From the NCBI RefSeq assembly GCF_016790065.1, contig NZ_JAEUPY010000254.1, positions 15,513 through 79,512 of the forward strand: DNA of 64,000 bases, in the 5' to 3' direction. This DNA is from Steroidobacter sp. Its GTDB lineage: Bacteria; Pseudomonadota; Gammaproteobacteria; Steroidobacterales; Steroidobacteraceae. The position numbers and the translations under genes are program-made. The notes beneath the pieces were generated by a model. That model was given only the letters and a program-made list of their open reading frames with translations. It was not told where the DNA came from and did not search any database. Shown here one piece after another: positions 22,383 through 32,661 of this stretch; the stretch's first letter is position 1; each line of letters begins with the position of its first letter.

Positions 22383-23132
22383 TCAAGATCCGACCCTGAC
22401 AACGCCGTCGCTTTCCACTACACCTTCGACAACTTTGAGCGAGCTCACATTCTGGACACGCACCCGATCGTAAGCGCCGCCCTCTGTGAGGGCCTGGCCT
22501 TGGGCGCGGATCTGCACTGAGCCGCTGTTGGCAATCAACGTGACCTGCTGGCCGCGACGGACCAGCACGTCCGGCTGAAGCATTTCCACTGTCAGCGCGG
22601 TGCCGACCGGCAGAGATCGCTTCAGGCGATGACCCTGCAAGGTGGCAGTGTCATTGATAAAGACTGCGGCCGACCCGGCCAGCCGGCGGACTTGCGGCTC
22701 GACATCGGCCAGCTCCACTCGCGCGCGGCGGGCCAGTGGCCGGCGCAACACCAGCACCGACACTTCGACTTCGACGCCGACCTGCACATAGATAGTCCAA
22801 GGGTTCCCAGCCGGGCAGCGCACGCCGACGGTCATGCGGCCGGAGTTCAGGCCGGTGCCTTGCGAGAAAGCTTCCAGCGGCGAGCTGCATTCATCCAAGC
22901 GCAGCCGCGGATCCAGATTGCCGGCGGTCACAAAGTGCTTGGCAGAATTTTCCGGCAGGGAAGACCGTACGAACTGCTCGGCGGCCGCTTGAATCGCCGG
23001 CAGCGGTTGCACGCCGGCCTGCGCAGTGGCCGCGAAGACCAGTGCTGCCAGGGTGCCAACCCCAGCGCTGATTCGTGCGCATATATAAGAACGAAAGCTG
23101 ATCACGTTCGAAACCGCCGAGAGTCGTTGCAT
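22383..23132 (-). CDS. flgA: P-ring assembly chaperone FlgA
   Basis: LDPRLRLDEC, VGVRC, LVRRGQQV, VRVQNVSSLKVVEG; the start may lie further downstream. Confidence 0.92.
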   Translation of the reverse strand: MQRLSAVSNVISFRSYICARISAGVGTLAALVFAATAQAGVQPLPAIQAAAEQFVRSSLPENSAKHFVTAGNLDPRLRLDECSSPLEAFSQGTGLNSGRMTVGVRCPAGNPWTIYVQVGVEVEVSVLVLRRPLARRARVELADVEPQVRRLAGSAAVFINDTATLQGHRLKRSLPVGTALTVEMLQPDVLVRRGQQVTLIANSGSVQIRAQGQALTEGGAYDRVRVQNVSSLKVVEGVVESDGVVRVGS

Positions 23133-23150
23133 TGACGCTGCCTGAGATAA

Positions 23151-23166
23151 AGCAATTCAAATGCCA
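23151..23166 (-). promoter_or_regulatory. sigma54 -24/-12 promoter of flgA
   Basis: Minus strand TGGCAT-TTGAA-TTGCT (GG-N10-GC). Confidence 0.82.
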
Positions 23167-23343
23167 GAAATCGCGCACCGCCCCAGATCGTGCGCCCCGC
23201 TGCGAATACATCGTACGAACTGTGACGTAGCCGACAAATCAGTCGAACGCGGAATCGCTGTAGTTACCGAGCATGGCTGACGGTGAGGCGCGCCAAAAAA
23301 CAAAACACTGCCGGTGCCCGACGGCAACGGCACGAACGCTGTA

Positions 23344-23365
23344 AGGCGGCAAGCGTTTGCCGCCT
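23344..23365. promoter_or_regulatory. Putative FleQ-type enhancer palindrome between flgA and flgB
   Basis: AGGCGGCAA-GCGT-TTGCCGCCT, perfect 9-bp arms; 5-4-5 core resembles the Pseudomonas FleQ box GTCAA-N4-TTGAC. Confidence 0.6.
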
Positions 23366-23449
23366 GCACGTGAACTACGTCGCGGGATTTTTGTTTGCTC
23401 GAGCCCAACAACCGCGCTGGACTGAGGAAACACGCGGGTTGCGCCGATG

Positions 23450-23465
23450 TGGCACGCGCCTTGCT
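23450..23465 (+). promoter_or_regulatory. sigma54 promoter of the flgB operon
   Basis: TGGCAC-GCGCC-TTGCT, consensus match. Confidence 0.92.
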
Positions 23466-23502
23466 AACTACTTTCGCAGACAGTTTTCTGACGGATGCAG
23501 TT

Positions 23503-23910
23503 ATGACGAGCGCAATCGACAAACATCTCGGAGTGCACGCCCAGGCGCTGAACCTGCGCTCGCAGCGCACTGAGTTGTTGGCGGCCAACCTCGCCAACGC
23601 CGACACGCCGGGCTATCGCGCTCGTGACATCGACTTCAAGAGTGCGCTCGCTCAAGCCAGTGGCAAGGCCCAGCCTGGCGTGAGTCTGCAGACGACCAAC
23701 TCGGCGCACATCGGTCCCAAGTTGGTTAACGGCGCAGCGGCGCCGGAACTGAAGTACCGCAATCCGCTCGCGCCTTCGCTCGATGGCAACACCGTCGATG
23801 CGCAATTGGAGCAGGCAGCATTTGCCGAGAACACGGTTCGCTATCAAGCAACGCTGCAGTTCTTGAACAGCAAGTTTCGCGGCCTGATGACGGCAATCAC
23901 TGGTCAGTAA
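23503..23910 (+). CDS. flgB: Basal-body rod protein FlgB
   Basis: ANLANADTPGYRARDIDF, DGNTVD; ATG 23503 is the first ATG downstream of the sigma54 promoter. Confidence 0.96.
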   Translation: MTSAIDKHLGVHAQALNLRSQRTELLAANLANADTPGYRARDIDFKSALAQASGKAQPGVSLQTTNSAHIGPKLVNGAAAPELKYRNPLAPSLDGNTVDAQLEQAAFAENTVRYQATLQFLNSKFRGLMTAITGQ

Positions 23911-23939
23911 TGGCCGGCCAGTAAGCAAGGTAAAGACAC

Positions 23940-24353
23940 ATGTCCTCCTTCAACATTTTCAACATCGCCGGCTCCGGCATGAGCGCGCAGTCGGTGCGCC
24001 TCAACACCACGGCCAGCAATCTCGCCAACGCCGACAGCGTCAGCGGCGATCCGAATCAGGTTTACAAGGCCAAGCATCCGCTGTTCGAAGCGATTCGTTC
24101 CGGCCTCGGCAAGGACGCGTCCACTTCGGGCGTGGCCGTCAAAGGCATCTTCGAAAACCCGGAAGCGCCGAGCGCGCGTTACGAGCCGGGCAATCCGCTC
24201 GCCGACGCCAACGGCTACGTGTACGCGCCCAACGTGAACACCGTGGAAGAAATGACCGACATGATCTCGGCGTCGCGTTCTTACCAGAACAACGTCGAAG
24301 TGATGAATACCGCCAAAGAAATGATGCTGGCCACGCTGCGGCTCGGCTCGTAA
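23940..24353 (+). CDS. flgC: Basal-body rod protein FlgC
   Basis: SNLANAD, YEPGNPLADANGYV, PNVN, SRSYQ. Confidence 0.96.
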   Translation: MSSFNIFNIAGSGMSAQSVRLNTTASNLANADSVSGDPNQVYKAKHPLFEAIRSGLGKDASTSGVAVKGIFENPEAPSARYEPGNPLADANGYVYAPNVNTVEEMTDMISASRSYQNNVEVMNTAKEMMLATLRLGS

Positions 24354-24385
24354 TCGCACGCAAAAATATTCGGAGTTGACCGTTC

Positions 24386-25060
24386 ATGGCTATTTCTACT
24401 GACCCGATTGCCGCTTACGCCGCGCAGGCTGCCGCCGCCGACCAGGCCAAGCAAAAGGACTCGCAGTCGCTCGGCATCGATTCGTTCCTGACGCTGATGA
24501 CGGCGCAGTTGAAGAATCAGGATCCGTTGAAGCCGCTGGAAGGCACCGAGTTCATTTCGCAGCTGGCGCAGTTCGGCACCGTGTCCGGCGTGCAGGAAAT
24601 GCAAACGTCGCTGGAAACATTGGCGTCTTCATTGCGTTCCACGCAGACCTTGAACGGCGCGACCATGGTCGGCCGCGACGTGCTCGTGTCGGCCTACAGC
24701 TTCGATCACACGCAGGGCGGCACGGTTACTGGTCAGGTCGATGTGCCTGCCAACACTACGTCGCTACAGCTGCGCATCACCGACTCGACCGGCGCAGTGG
24801 TTCGCGAGATTCAGATGGACACCGCGGCCGGGACGCAGACGTTCAGCTGGGACGGCCTGACCACCAATGGCTCGATCGCCGATTCGGACACCTACGACGT
24901 CGAGGCGGTCGCCAAGGTCGGCGGCGAGACCGGCTCGCTCGAGGTGCTGCTGGCAGGACGCGTCGCCAGCGTCAGCATCGACGCCACCGGCAACAACCTA
25001 ACTTTGAACACAGCTTCGCTCGGCGCGGTGCCGATGAGCGAAGTGCGCCGCCTGCAGTAA
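24386..25060 (+). CDS. flgD: Hook capping protein FlgD
   Basis: FLTLMTAQLKNQDPLKP, QLAQF, FSWDG. Confidence 0.95.
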   Translation: MAISTDPIAAYAAQAAAADQAKQKDSQSLGIDSFLTLMTAQLKNQDPLKPLEGTEFISQLAQFGTVSGVQEMQTSLETLASSLRSTQTLNGATMVGRDVLVSAYSFDHTQGGTVTGQVDVPANTTSLQLRITDSTGAVVREIQMDTAAGTQTFSWDGLTTNGSIADSDTYDVEAVAKVGGETGSLEVLLAGRVASVSIDATGNNLTLNTASLGAVPMSEVRRLQ

Positions 25061-25111
25061 CGGCCAACCTCGACAGTTTCGAATTCACAGGTTTTTTGAG
25101 GAGCAACTTCC

Positions 25112-26335
25112 ATGTCTTTCGGTATCGCGCTCAGCGGTCTCAATGCGGCTCAGCAGGACTTGAACGTCACTGCCAACAACATTGCCAACTCTTCGACGAC
25201 CGGCTTCAAGCAGTCGCGCGCCGAGTTCGCCGAGTTGTTCGCTGTCTCTCCGTACGGCGTCAACCGCAACGCGCACGGTAACGGCGTGAAGGTGGCGGCG
25301 GTGTCGCAGCAGTTCACCCAGGGCAACATCAACACCACCAACAACAGCATGGATCTGGCGCTCAGCGGCCAGGGCTTCTTCGTACTCAGCGACGGCGGCT
25401 CCACGGTGTACAGCCGTGCTGGCGCTTTCCGTCCCAACAACGATGGCTATGTCGTGAACAGCATGGGCCAGCGTTTGCAGGTGTATCCGCCGTCGGCCAC
25501 CGGCAACTTCAACACCAGCACGATGTCGGATCTGCGCCTGGTGACCAGCGAGAGCTCGCCGGCCGCTACTTCCGAAGTCGAGACGGTATTCAACCTGCCG
25601 TCCGCTGCCACGGTGCCGACCACCACGCCGTTCAGCGCTGCCGACGAAACCAGCTACAACACGGCCCGTTCGATGACCGTGTACGACTCGCTCGGTGCTG
25701 CTCACACCGCCAGCATGTACTACGTGAAGACGGCGACCAACGAATGGGACATGCACATGACCATCGACGGTAACGCCGCCGGCACGCAGCACCTGGTGTA
25801 TGACCAGAACGGCAATCTCACCACGCCGGCCAACGGCCAGTTCGTGTTGCCGACCTACGATGCGGCCGCCGGCCTGTCGACCGGCGCGGCGCCGCTCAAC
25901 CTGACCATGGACCTGAGCCGCACCACGCAGTACGGCGACACGTTCACCATGACTTCGATCACGCAGGACGGTTACACCACCGGCCGCTTGATCGGTATCG
26001 ACATCGATTCCACCGGCGTGGTGCAGGCTCGTTTCACCAACGGCCAGTCGACGCAGCTCGGCCAGGTGGCGATTGCGACCTTCGCCAACCCGCAGGGCAT
26101 GCAGCAGTTGGGCGACACCAACTGGGCGCAGACGTTTGCTTCCGGTCAGCCGCTGAATGGCCAGGCCGGTAACTCGGGCTTCGGTTTGATTCAGTCGGGT
26201 GCCTTGGAAGCGTCGAACGTCGACATCACGGCGCAGCTGGTCAACATGATCACCGCGCAGCGTAACTTCCAGGCCAACTCGCAAATGATCTCGACCGCCG
26301 ACCAGATCACCCAGACCATCATCAATATTCGCTAA
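25112..26335 (+). CDS. flgE: Hook protein FlgE
   Basis: ANNIANSSTTGFK, DLALSGQGFF, LEASNVD...MITAQRNFQAN. Confidence 0.96.
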   Translation: MSFGIALSGLNAAQQDLNVTANNIANSSTTGFKQSRAEFAELFAVSPYGVNRNAHGNGVKVAAVSQQFTQGNINTTNNSMDLALSGQGFFVLSDGGSTVYSRAGAFRPNNDGYVVNSMGQRLQVYPPSATGNFNTSTMSDLRLVTSESSPAATSEVETVFNLPSAATVPTTTPFSAADETSYNTARSMTVYDSLGAAHTASMYYVKTATNEWDMHMTIDGNAAGTQHLVYDQNGNLTTPANGQFVLPTYDAAAGLSTGAAPLNLTMDLSRTTQYGDTFTMTSITQDGYTTGRLIGIDIDSTGVVQARFTNGQSTQLGQVAIATFANPQGMQQLGDTNWAQTFASGQPLNGQAGNSGFGLIQSGALEASNVDITAQLVNMITAQRNFQANSQMISTADQITQTIINIR

Positions 26336-26362
26336 TCCCGCTGAGGATTGACCGAGTAACTC

Positions 26363-27106
26363 ATGGACAGATTCCTCTACATCTCGATGTCTGGCGCCAA
26401 GGAAACCTTGCGCGCCCAGACCGCGAACAACCACAACCTCGCCAACGCGAGCACGACCGGTTTTCGCGCCGACATGAGCGCGTTTCAAACGCGTTCCGTG
26501 GCCGGAACGGGATACACCTCTCGCGCCTATGCGACCAACTCGACCACGGGTTGGGATCCGACGCAGGGCGCGTTGACGGCGACGGGGCGCGATCTGGACG
26601 TGGGTATCAACGGCTCGGGTTGGATCGCAGTGGTGGGCAAAGATGGGCGCGAGGCTTACACGCGTGCCGGCGATTTGCGCGTCGATCCGAGCGGCATGTT
26701 GTTGAACGGCGCCGGTCTGCAAGTGATGGGCGATGGCGGTCCGCTGAGTGTGCCGCCGAATACTTCGGCGAGCATCGGCTCGGACGGCACGATTTCGGTG
26801 GTGCCGCTGGGTCAGGGCATCGAGACCACCGCGACGGTCGGTCGCATCAAGCTGGTGAATGCGCCCAACGAACAAATGGTTCGTGGCGAAGACGGTTTGT
26901 TTCGTAGCACCAGCGGCGCGGATCTGCCAGCCGATGCCAACGTGAAGCTGGTCACCGGCTCGCTCGAGACCAGCAACGTCAACACCGCTGATGCCATGGT
27001 CAACATGATCGAACTGGCGCGTCGTTTCGATCTGCAAGTCAAAGCGATGCGTACCGCTGAAGAGAACGCTGCTACTTCGGCCCAGCTGCTCCGCGGCGGC
27101 GTGTAA
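26363..27106 (+). CDS. flgF: Basal-body rod protein FlgF
   Basis: NLANASTTGFRAD, TGRDLDV, YTRAG, LETSNVN. Confidence 0.95.
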   Translation: MDRFLYISMSGAKETLRAQTANNHNLANASTTGFRADMSAFQTRSVAGTGYTSRAYATNSTTGWDPTQGALTATGRDLDVGINGSGWIAVVGKDGREAYTRAGDLRVDPSGMLLNGAGLQVMGDGGPLSVPPNTSASIGSDGTISVVPLGQGIETTATVGRIKLVNAPNEQMVRGEDGLFRSTSGADLPADANVKLVTGSLETSNVNTADAMVNMIELARRFDLQVKAMRTAEENAATSAQLLRGGV

Positions 27107-27136
27107 TTCAGTCTTAGTTACCAGGAAATATTCATC

Positions 27137-27922
27137 ATGAATCCAGCACTGTGGGCCGCCAAAACCGGACTCGACGCGCAACAGACGCGCATGTCGGTGA
27201 CTTCTCACAACCTCGCCAACGTCAGCACCACCGGCTTCAAGAAAGGTCGCGCGGTGTTCGAGGACCTGCTGTATCAGAACGTCCGCCAGGTCGGCGGTTC
27301 GACCTCGCAGGACACGGTTGCTCCCACCGGCTTGTCGTTGGGCACGGGCGTCCGCGTAGTGGCGACAGAAAAGTCATACACCCAAGGCAACATGCAACAG
27401 ACCGGCAACAGCCTGGACGTGGCAGTCAACGGCCGCGGCTTTTTCCAGATCCTGATGCCGGATGGCACGATGGGCTACACGCGCGACGGCGACTTCGAAG
27501 TCAACGCGCAGGGCGAACTGGTCACGTCCAACGGCTATCGCGTGCAGCCGGGCATCACCATTCCTGACAGCGTGCAGAGCATCACCATCGGCAAGGACGG
27601 CGTGGTGACGGCGCAATTGTCGGGCGAATCAGCGCCGCAGCAGGTCGGCACGATGCAACTGGTCGACTTCATCAATCCCGCCGGCTTGCAGCCGCGCGGC
27701 GAAAACCTGCTGGTCGAATCGGCCGCCTCGGGCGCGCCGCAAATCGGCACGCCGGGCTTGAACGGCTTGGGCTACATCGAGCAGGGCTCGCTGGAAGCGT
27801 CCAACGTCAACGTGGTGGAAGAGCTGGTGAACATGATCGAAACCCAGCGCGCCTATGAAATGAATTCCAAGGCCATCTCGACCACCGATCAGATGCTGCA
27901 GTACCTGACCCAGAATCTTTGA
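27137..27922 (+). CDS. flgG: Distal rod protein FlgG
   Basis: [43 protein letters not shown]. Confidence 0.97.
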   Translation: MNPALWAAKTGLDAQQTRMSVTSHNLANVSTTGFKKGRAVFEDLLYQNVRQVGGSTSQDTVAPTGLSLGTGVRVVATEKSYTQGNMQQTGNSLDVAVNGRGFFQILMPDGTMGYTRDGDFEVNAQGELVTSNGYRVQPGITIPDSVQSITIGKDGVVTAQLSGESAPQQVGTMQLVDFINPAGLQPRGENLLVESAASGAPQIGTPGLNGLGYIEQGSLEASNVNVVEELVNMIETQRAYEMNSKAISTTDQMLQYLTQNL

Positions 27923-27934
27923 AGTCATTGAATC

Positions 27935-28609
27935 ATGAGCACCGTACGTAATTTGTTCCTGGTGGTGGCCGCTGCGCTCACGCTCAGTGGTTGCGTCTCA
28001 GCGCCGAAAGAACCGGACTACGCGGCCACCTGGCCGGATCCGGCGCCGAGCTCGGAAAGCGCCAATGGCGCCATCTATCAGGTGGGCCACGACGTCGCGT
28101 TGTTCGAAAACTCAGTGGCGCGTCGGGTCGGCGATACCCTGATGATCAAGCTCAACGAAACCACCACTGCGTCCAAGAGCTCGAGCACCACCACGGCCAA
28201 GAAGACGTCGGCGGCTCTGCCGAGTCCGACCATTGCCGGCCGGCCGGTGACGGTCAACGGCACGCCGATTCTGGAAACCAGTATCGACAGCAATTCTTCG
28301 TTCGGCGGCTCGGGCGACAGCAAGCAAAGCAACCGACTTGTGGGCGACGTCACAGTCACGGTGGCGCAGCGGCTGCCGAACGGCAATCTTTTGGTCAGGG
28401 GCCAGAAGTGGATCACAATTAATCAGGGCCGCGAGTACGTGCGCATTCAGGGCATCGTGCGACCCATCGATATCGATCCTGATAACTCCATCTCATCTCT
28501 GAAGGTTGCCGACGCGCAAATCGCGTATGGCGGTAAGGGCGCGCTCGCCGATGCGTCGACGCCGGGCCTGTTGGCACGATTCTTCAATGCTCCTTGGTTG
28601 CCGTTCTAA
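27935..28609 (+). CDS. flgH: L-ring lipoprotein FlgH
   Basis: Lipobox LSGC, ARRVGD, LPNGNL, GIVRPIDI. Confidence 0.95.
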   Translation: MSTVRNLFLVVAAALTLSGCVSAPKEPDYAATWPDPAPSSESANGAIYQVGHDVALFENSVARRVGDTLMIKLNETTTASKSSSTTTAKKTSAALPSPTIAGRPVTVNGTPILETSIDSNSSFGGSGDSKQSNRLVGDVTVTVAQRLPNGNLLVRGQKWITINQGREYVRIQGIVRPIDIDPDNSISSLKVADAQIAYGGKGALADASTPGLLARFFNAPWLPF

Positions 28610-28636
28610 CAAACGGCGCTTTATCAGGAGTAAAGA

Positions 28637-29746
28637 GTGATCAAGTTCACGAAAGTTGTTGCCGCGACGCTGGTGGGTGCCCTACTGGCCGCCTCAGCGC
28701 ATGCAGAGCGCGTCAAAGATCTGGCGTCGGTCGCCGGAGTGCGCGGCAACCAGCTCGTGGGCTACGGCCTCGTGGTGGGCCTCGACGGCACTGGCGACCA
28801 AACCAGCCAGGCGCAGTTCACCATTCAGAGCATTCGTAACATGCTCGCGAAGTTCGGCGTGACCATTCCGGCGAACGTGAATCCGCAGCTGAAGAACGTT
28901 GCCGCTGTGACGGTGCGTGCGGATCTGCCGGCGTTCTCCAAGCCGGGCCAGACCATCGACATCACGGTCGACTCGATCGGTAATGCGAAAAGCTTGCGCG
29001 GCGGCAGTCTGTTGATGACGCCGTTGCGTGGTATCGATGGCGAGGTGTACGCGATCGGCCAGGGCAGCCTGGTGGTCAGCGGCTTCGGCGTGGAGGGCAA
29101 GGACGGCTCGCGCATCTCAGTCAACGTGCCGAGTTCGGGCCGCGTGCCGAATGGTGCTTCGGTGGAACGCTCGGTGCCGACCAACTTCTCGAGCGAACCG
29201 TATGTCACGTTGAATCTGAACACTCCCGATTTCACTACTGCCGCTCGCCTGACCGACGGCATCAACAAGATGCTCGGCCCCGATACGGCTCGCGCCATGG
29301 ATGCAGTGTCGATTCGCGTGCAGGCGCCGACCGATGCCAGCCAGCGCATTGCTTATCTCTCGACGCTCGAAGCGATCGAAGTGCAGCCGGGTGAAGCCCC
29401 GGCCCGCGTGATCGTGAATTCTCGCACCGGCACGGTTGTCATCGGCTCGGCGGTTCGTGTTACGCCGGCTGCGGTTGCGCACGGTTCGTTGTCGGTGACC
29501 ATCACCGAACGTAACGACGTGAGTCAGCCGAACGCGCTGTCCAACGGCGAGACTGTGGTGACGCCGCGCTCGGAGATCAAAGTCGAGCAGCCCGAAGCGC
29601 GCATGTTTGTTTTCAATGCCGGCGTGAATCTGGATGAGATCGTGCGCGCCGTGAATCAAGTCGGCGCAGCGCCGGGCGACCTGGTCGCCATTCTCGAAGC
29701 GCTGAAAGAAGCGGGCGCATTGCGCGCCGAGCTGATCGTCATCTAA
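28637..29746 (+). CDS. flgI: P-ring protein FlgI
   Basis: RVKDLA...[32 protein letters not shown]. Confidence 0.97.
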   Translation: MIKFTKVVAATLVGALLAASAHAERVKDLASVAGVRGNQLVGYGLVVGLDGTGDQTSQAQFTIQSIRNMLAKFGVTIPANVNPQLKNVAAVTVRADLPAFSKPGQTIDITVDSIGNAKSLRGGSLLMTPLRGIDGEVYAIGQGSLVVSGFGVEGKDGSRISVNVPSSGRVPNGASVERSVPTNFSSEPYVTLNLNTPDFTTAARLTDGINKMLGPDTARAMDAVSIRVQAPTDASQRIAYLSTLEAIEVQPGEAPARVIVNSRTGTVVIGSAVRVTPAAVAHGSLSVTITERNDVSQPNALSNGETVVTPRSEIKVEQPEARMFVFNAGVNLDEIVRAVNQVGAAPGDLVAILEALKEAGALRAELIVI

Positions 29747-29771
29747 GGCCTCCTTCATCGGAGTATCTGCC

Positions 29772-30725
29772 ATGACCGCGCCCATCAATTCTTCGTTCGA
29801 CTTCGCTGGCCTGGCGACGTTGCGTACTGACGCAACCACCAAGCAGGACACAGCGACGCTCAAAGAAGCGGCCAAGCAGTTCGAGAGCCTGTTCACGCAG
29901 ATGTTGCTGAAGAGCATGCGCGATGCCAATCGCAGCTTCAGCGAAGGCTCGATGTTCTCGAGCCAGCAGGGCGATTTTTATCAGGACATGTTCGACGACC
30001 AGATTTCCATGGAGTTGTCCAAGGGCAAAGGCCTGGGACTCGCCGACGTGCTGGTGCGCCAGCTGTCGCAGTCCGGCATGGTGAAAACCACCGACGCCAC
30101 CGCGACCCAGGGTACGGCCAAGACTGAGTTCCCCGCAGCCACGCAGAATGTTTCTGCCGCTGCCGAGCATCAGCCGCTGGCCAAGTCCAAAGAAGATTTC
30201 GTCAAACAGATGTGGCCGCATGCGCAACGCGCCGGTGAGTCGCTCGGTGTAGATCCGAGTGCACTGGTGGCGCAGGCCGCGTTGGAAACCGGTTGGGGCA
30301 AGGCGGTGCCGAGTCACGGCAGCGGCTCCAGCAGTTACAACTTGTTCGGCATCAAGGCGGGTTCGAGCTGGGAAGGCGCGACGGCCAATGTGCCGACGCT
30401 CGAGTTCGAAGACGGCGTGGCGGTGCGTAAGGTCGAGCGTTTCCGCGCTTACTCGTCGCCGGCCGACAGTTTCAATGATTATGCACGTTTGATCGGCAAC
30501 AACCCTCGGTACGAAAACGCCCGAGGCGCGGGTGGTGATGTGACCACCTTCGCCTCGGCGTTGCAGGAAGGGGGTTATGCCACCGACCCGAACTATGCGC
30601 AAAAGATCGTCGCAGTGGCCGACGAAGTGCGCGCGCTGACCAATACCGCCTCCTCAGACAATTCCTTAAAGTTTGCCTCGCTGTCGCCGACAACCGGCGG
30701 TAGAGGCGGACTGCGACGGTTTTGA
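29772..30725 (+). CDS. flgJ: Rod assembly protein / muramidase FlgJ
   Basis: AKQFESLF...KSMR rod-binding domain; AALETGWG, NLFGIK, YATDPNY glucosaminidase domain. Confidence 0.95.
   Translation: MTAPINSSFDFAGLATLRTDATTKQDTATLKEAAKQFESLFTQMLLKSMRDANRSFSEGSMFSSQQGDFYQDMFDDQISMELSKGKGLGLADVLVRQLSQSGMVKTTDATATQGTAKTEFPAATQNVSAAAEHQPLAKSKEDFVKQMWPHAQRAGESLGVDPSALVAQAALETGWGKAVPSHGSGSSSYNLFGIKAGSSWEGATANVPTLEFEDGVAVRKVERFRAYSSPADSFNDYARLIGNNPRYENARGAGGDVTTFASALQEGGYATDPNYAQKIVAVADEVRALTNTASSDNSLKFASLSPTTGGRGGLRRF
30667..30693 (+). promoter_or_regulatory. Internal sigma28 promoter for flgKL inside the 3' end of flgJ
   Basis: TAAA-N15-GCCGACAA. Confidence 0.8.
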
Positions 30726-30763
30726 TCCGATGAGTCACTCGCACCCGCTGTCTCGGTGAAGTC

Positions 30764-32656
30764 ATGGCAGACCTGTTAAATACCAGTATTTCCGGCTTGC
30801 TCGCGTTTCAGCGAGCGCTGGACGTCACCAGCCATAACATCACCAATGCCAACACTGTCGGCTACAGCCGGCAGACTGCCGACATTACTACCCGCACGCC
30901 GCAATTCCTCGGCGGCAATTGGGTGGGCAGTGGCGCCGATGTTTCCAACATCACGCGCGCCTATGACAATTTCCTGTCCGACCAGGCGCGCAGCGCGTCG
31001 AGCTCGTACAACCAGTCGAATACTTACGCGACCCAAGCGGCACGCATCAGCAATCTGTTCGGCGACTCGACCACGGGTTTGAGCGCCACCATGCAGAAGT
31101 TCGTCAACTCGCTGCAGGCGGTAGCGGACTCGCCGAACTCGGCGGCCGCGCGTCAGACCATGCTGAGCGAAGCGAACTCGTTGGTCGAGCGCTTGAAGAG
31201 CTACGATGCCAGTCTGCGCAGCCTGGACAGCCAGGTGAATGCCAGCATCTCCAGCGAAGCCGACTCGATCAGCAATCTGGCGAGCGGCATCGCCGAGCTC
31301 AACAAACAAATCGCCAGCGGCTATGCCCAGAGCGGCCAGGCGCCCAACGATCTGCTGGATCAGCGCGATCGTTTGTTGGATGAGTTGGCGACTCACGTCA
31401 ACACCAACGTGGTCAAGACCGACGACAACCAGGTCAACGTGTTCATCGGCAACGGCCAGCCGCTGGTGGTCGGTTCCGATCCTTCGAAGGTGGTGGCCAC
31501 CAGCGATCCGTACGATCCGACGCGCAAGCGCCTGGCCGTGCAATCGAACGTCGGCACCATCGACATCACCAGCTCGCTGTCGGGCGGCACTTTGGGCGGC
31601 ATTCTGAGCTTCCGCTCCGACATGCTGGATCCGGCGCGCAACACCATCGGCAAGATGAGCGTGGCGCTGGCCGATGTGATGAACGAACAGCACAACGCCG
31701 GCATGGATTTGAACGGCAACATGGGCAGCGACTTCTTCGCCGTCGGCGATGTCGTGGTCCGAGCCCACACCAACAACACTGGCACTGCTAGTGCCACCGT
31801 CACGCGCACCGATGTGGGCGCGTTGACGAACAGCGATTACATTCTTACCAACACTGCGAGTGGCTGGAGCTTGCGCCGCGCGGACACGGGCGCCACCGTG
31901 CCGATGACCGGCACGGGCACGGCCGTCGATCCGTTCCTGGTGGAAGGTCTGTCCATCGAAGTGAGCGGCACGGCCAGCGTCGGCGACAGCTTGAAGATCC
32001 TGCCGAGCTCCGGTGCCGTCAGCTCCATGCGAGTGTTGGTCACCGATGCCAACGAAGTTGCGGCGGCGGCGCCCATCGTCGCGCAGGCAACCACCGGCAA
32101 CCAGGGCAACGCCACCATCAGTGCCGGCCAGGTGTTGAACTCCACCAACCCGGCGCTGCGTACCGCTGCGACCATTACTTTCACCAGCGCCACGACTTAT
32201 ACGGTCAGCGGCGACGCCACCGTGTACACCTACACGTCGGGTTCGAACGTCGACGCCAACGGCTGGCGCGTGCAGGTCAGCGGCACACCGGTGGCCGGCG
32301 ATTCCTTCACGGTTGGTGATAACAGCAACGGCTCCGGCGACAACCGCAACATGCTGCTGCTCGCCGGCATCATGTCCGAGCCGGTGATGGACAACGGCAC
32401 CACCTCGTTGACTCAGGGCATCGGCAAGTTCGTCGGCGACATCGGCGTCAAGACCAATCAGGCGCAAGTGACGGCGGCGGCGCAGAAGGTCGTGTCCGAA
32501 GAAGCCCAGGAATCCATGCAGTCGGTGTCGGGCGTCAATCTGGACGAAGAAGCGGCCAACCTGCTGCGTTATCAGCAGGCTTACATGGCCATCTCGCAAA
32601 TGATCAAGATCGCGGACAACTGCTTCCAGTCCGTGCTTGCTGCCACCCGCGGGTAA
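30764..32656 (+). CDS. flgK: Hook-associated protein FlgK
   Basis: HNITNANTVGYSRQ, NDLLDQRD, SGVNLDEEAANLLRYQQAY. Confidence 0.96.
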   Translation: MADLLNTSISGLLAFQRALDVTSHNITNANTVGYSRQTADITTRTPQFLGGNWVGSGADVSNITRAYDNFLSDQARSASSSYNQSNTYATQAARISNLFGDSTTGLSATMQKFVNSLQAVADSPNSAAARQTMLSEANSLVERLKSYDASLRSLDSQVNASISSEADSISNLASGIAELNKQIASGYAQSGQAPNDLLDQRDRLLDELATHVNTNVVKTDDNQVNVFIGNGQPLVVGSDPSKVVATSDPYDPTRKRLAVQSNVGTIDITSSLSGGTLGGILSFRSDMLDPARNTIGKMSVALADVMNEQHNAGMDLNGNMGSDFFAVGDVVVRAHTNNTGTASATVTRTDVGALTNSDYILTNTASGWSLRRADTGATVPMTGTGTAVDPFLVEGLSIEVSGTASVGDSLKILPSSGAVSSMRVLVTDANEVAAAAPIVAQATTGNQGNATISAGQVLNSTNPALRTAATITFTSATTYTVSGDATVYTYTSGSNVDANGWRVQVSGTPVAGDSFTVGDNSNGSGDNRNMLLLAGIMSEPVMDNGTTSLTQGIGKFVGDIGVKTNQAQVTAAAQKVVSEEAQESMQSVSGVNLDEEAANLLRYQQAYMAISQMIKIADNCFQSVLAATRG

Positions 32657-32661
32657 TTAAC

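Noticed and set aside
25085-27208. 707-aa minus-strand ORF; similar long antisense ORFs at 3632-4948, 17452-18681, 30776-32599, 34117-35235, 39429-40613, 40768-41919, 43032-44252, 59054-60235 and 61371-62930
   Set aside because: They lie antisense to well-supported genes, carry no recognisable motifs, and are expected shadows of high-GC codon bias.
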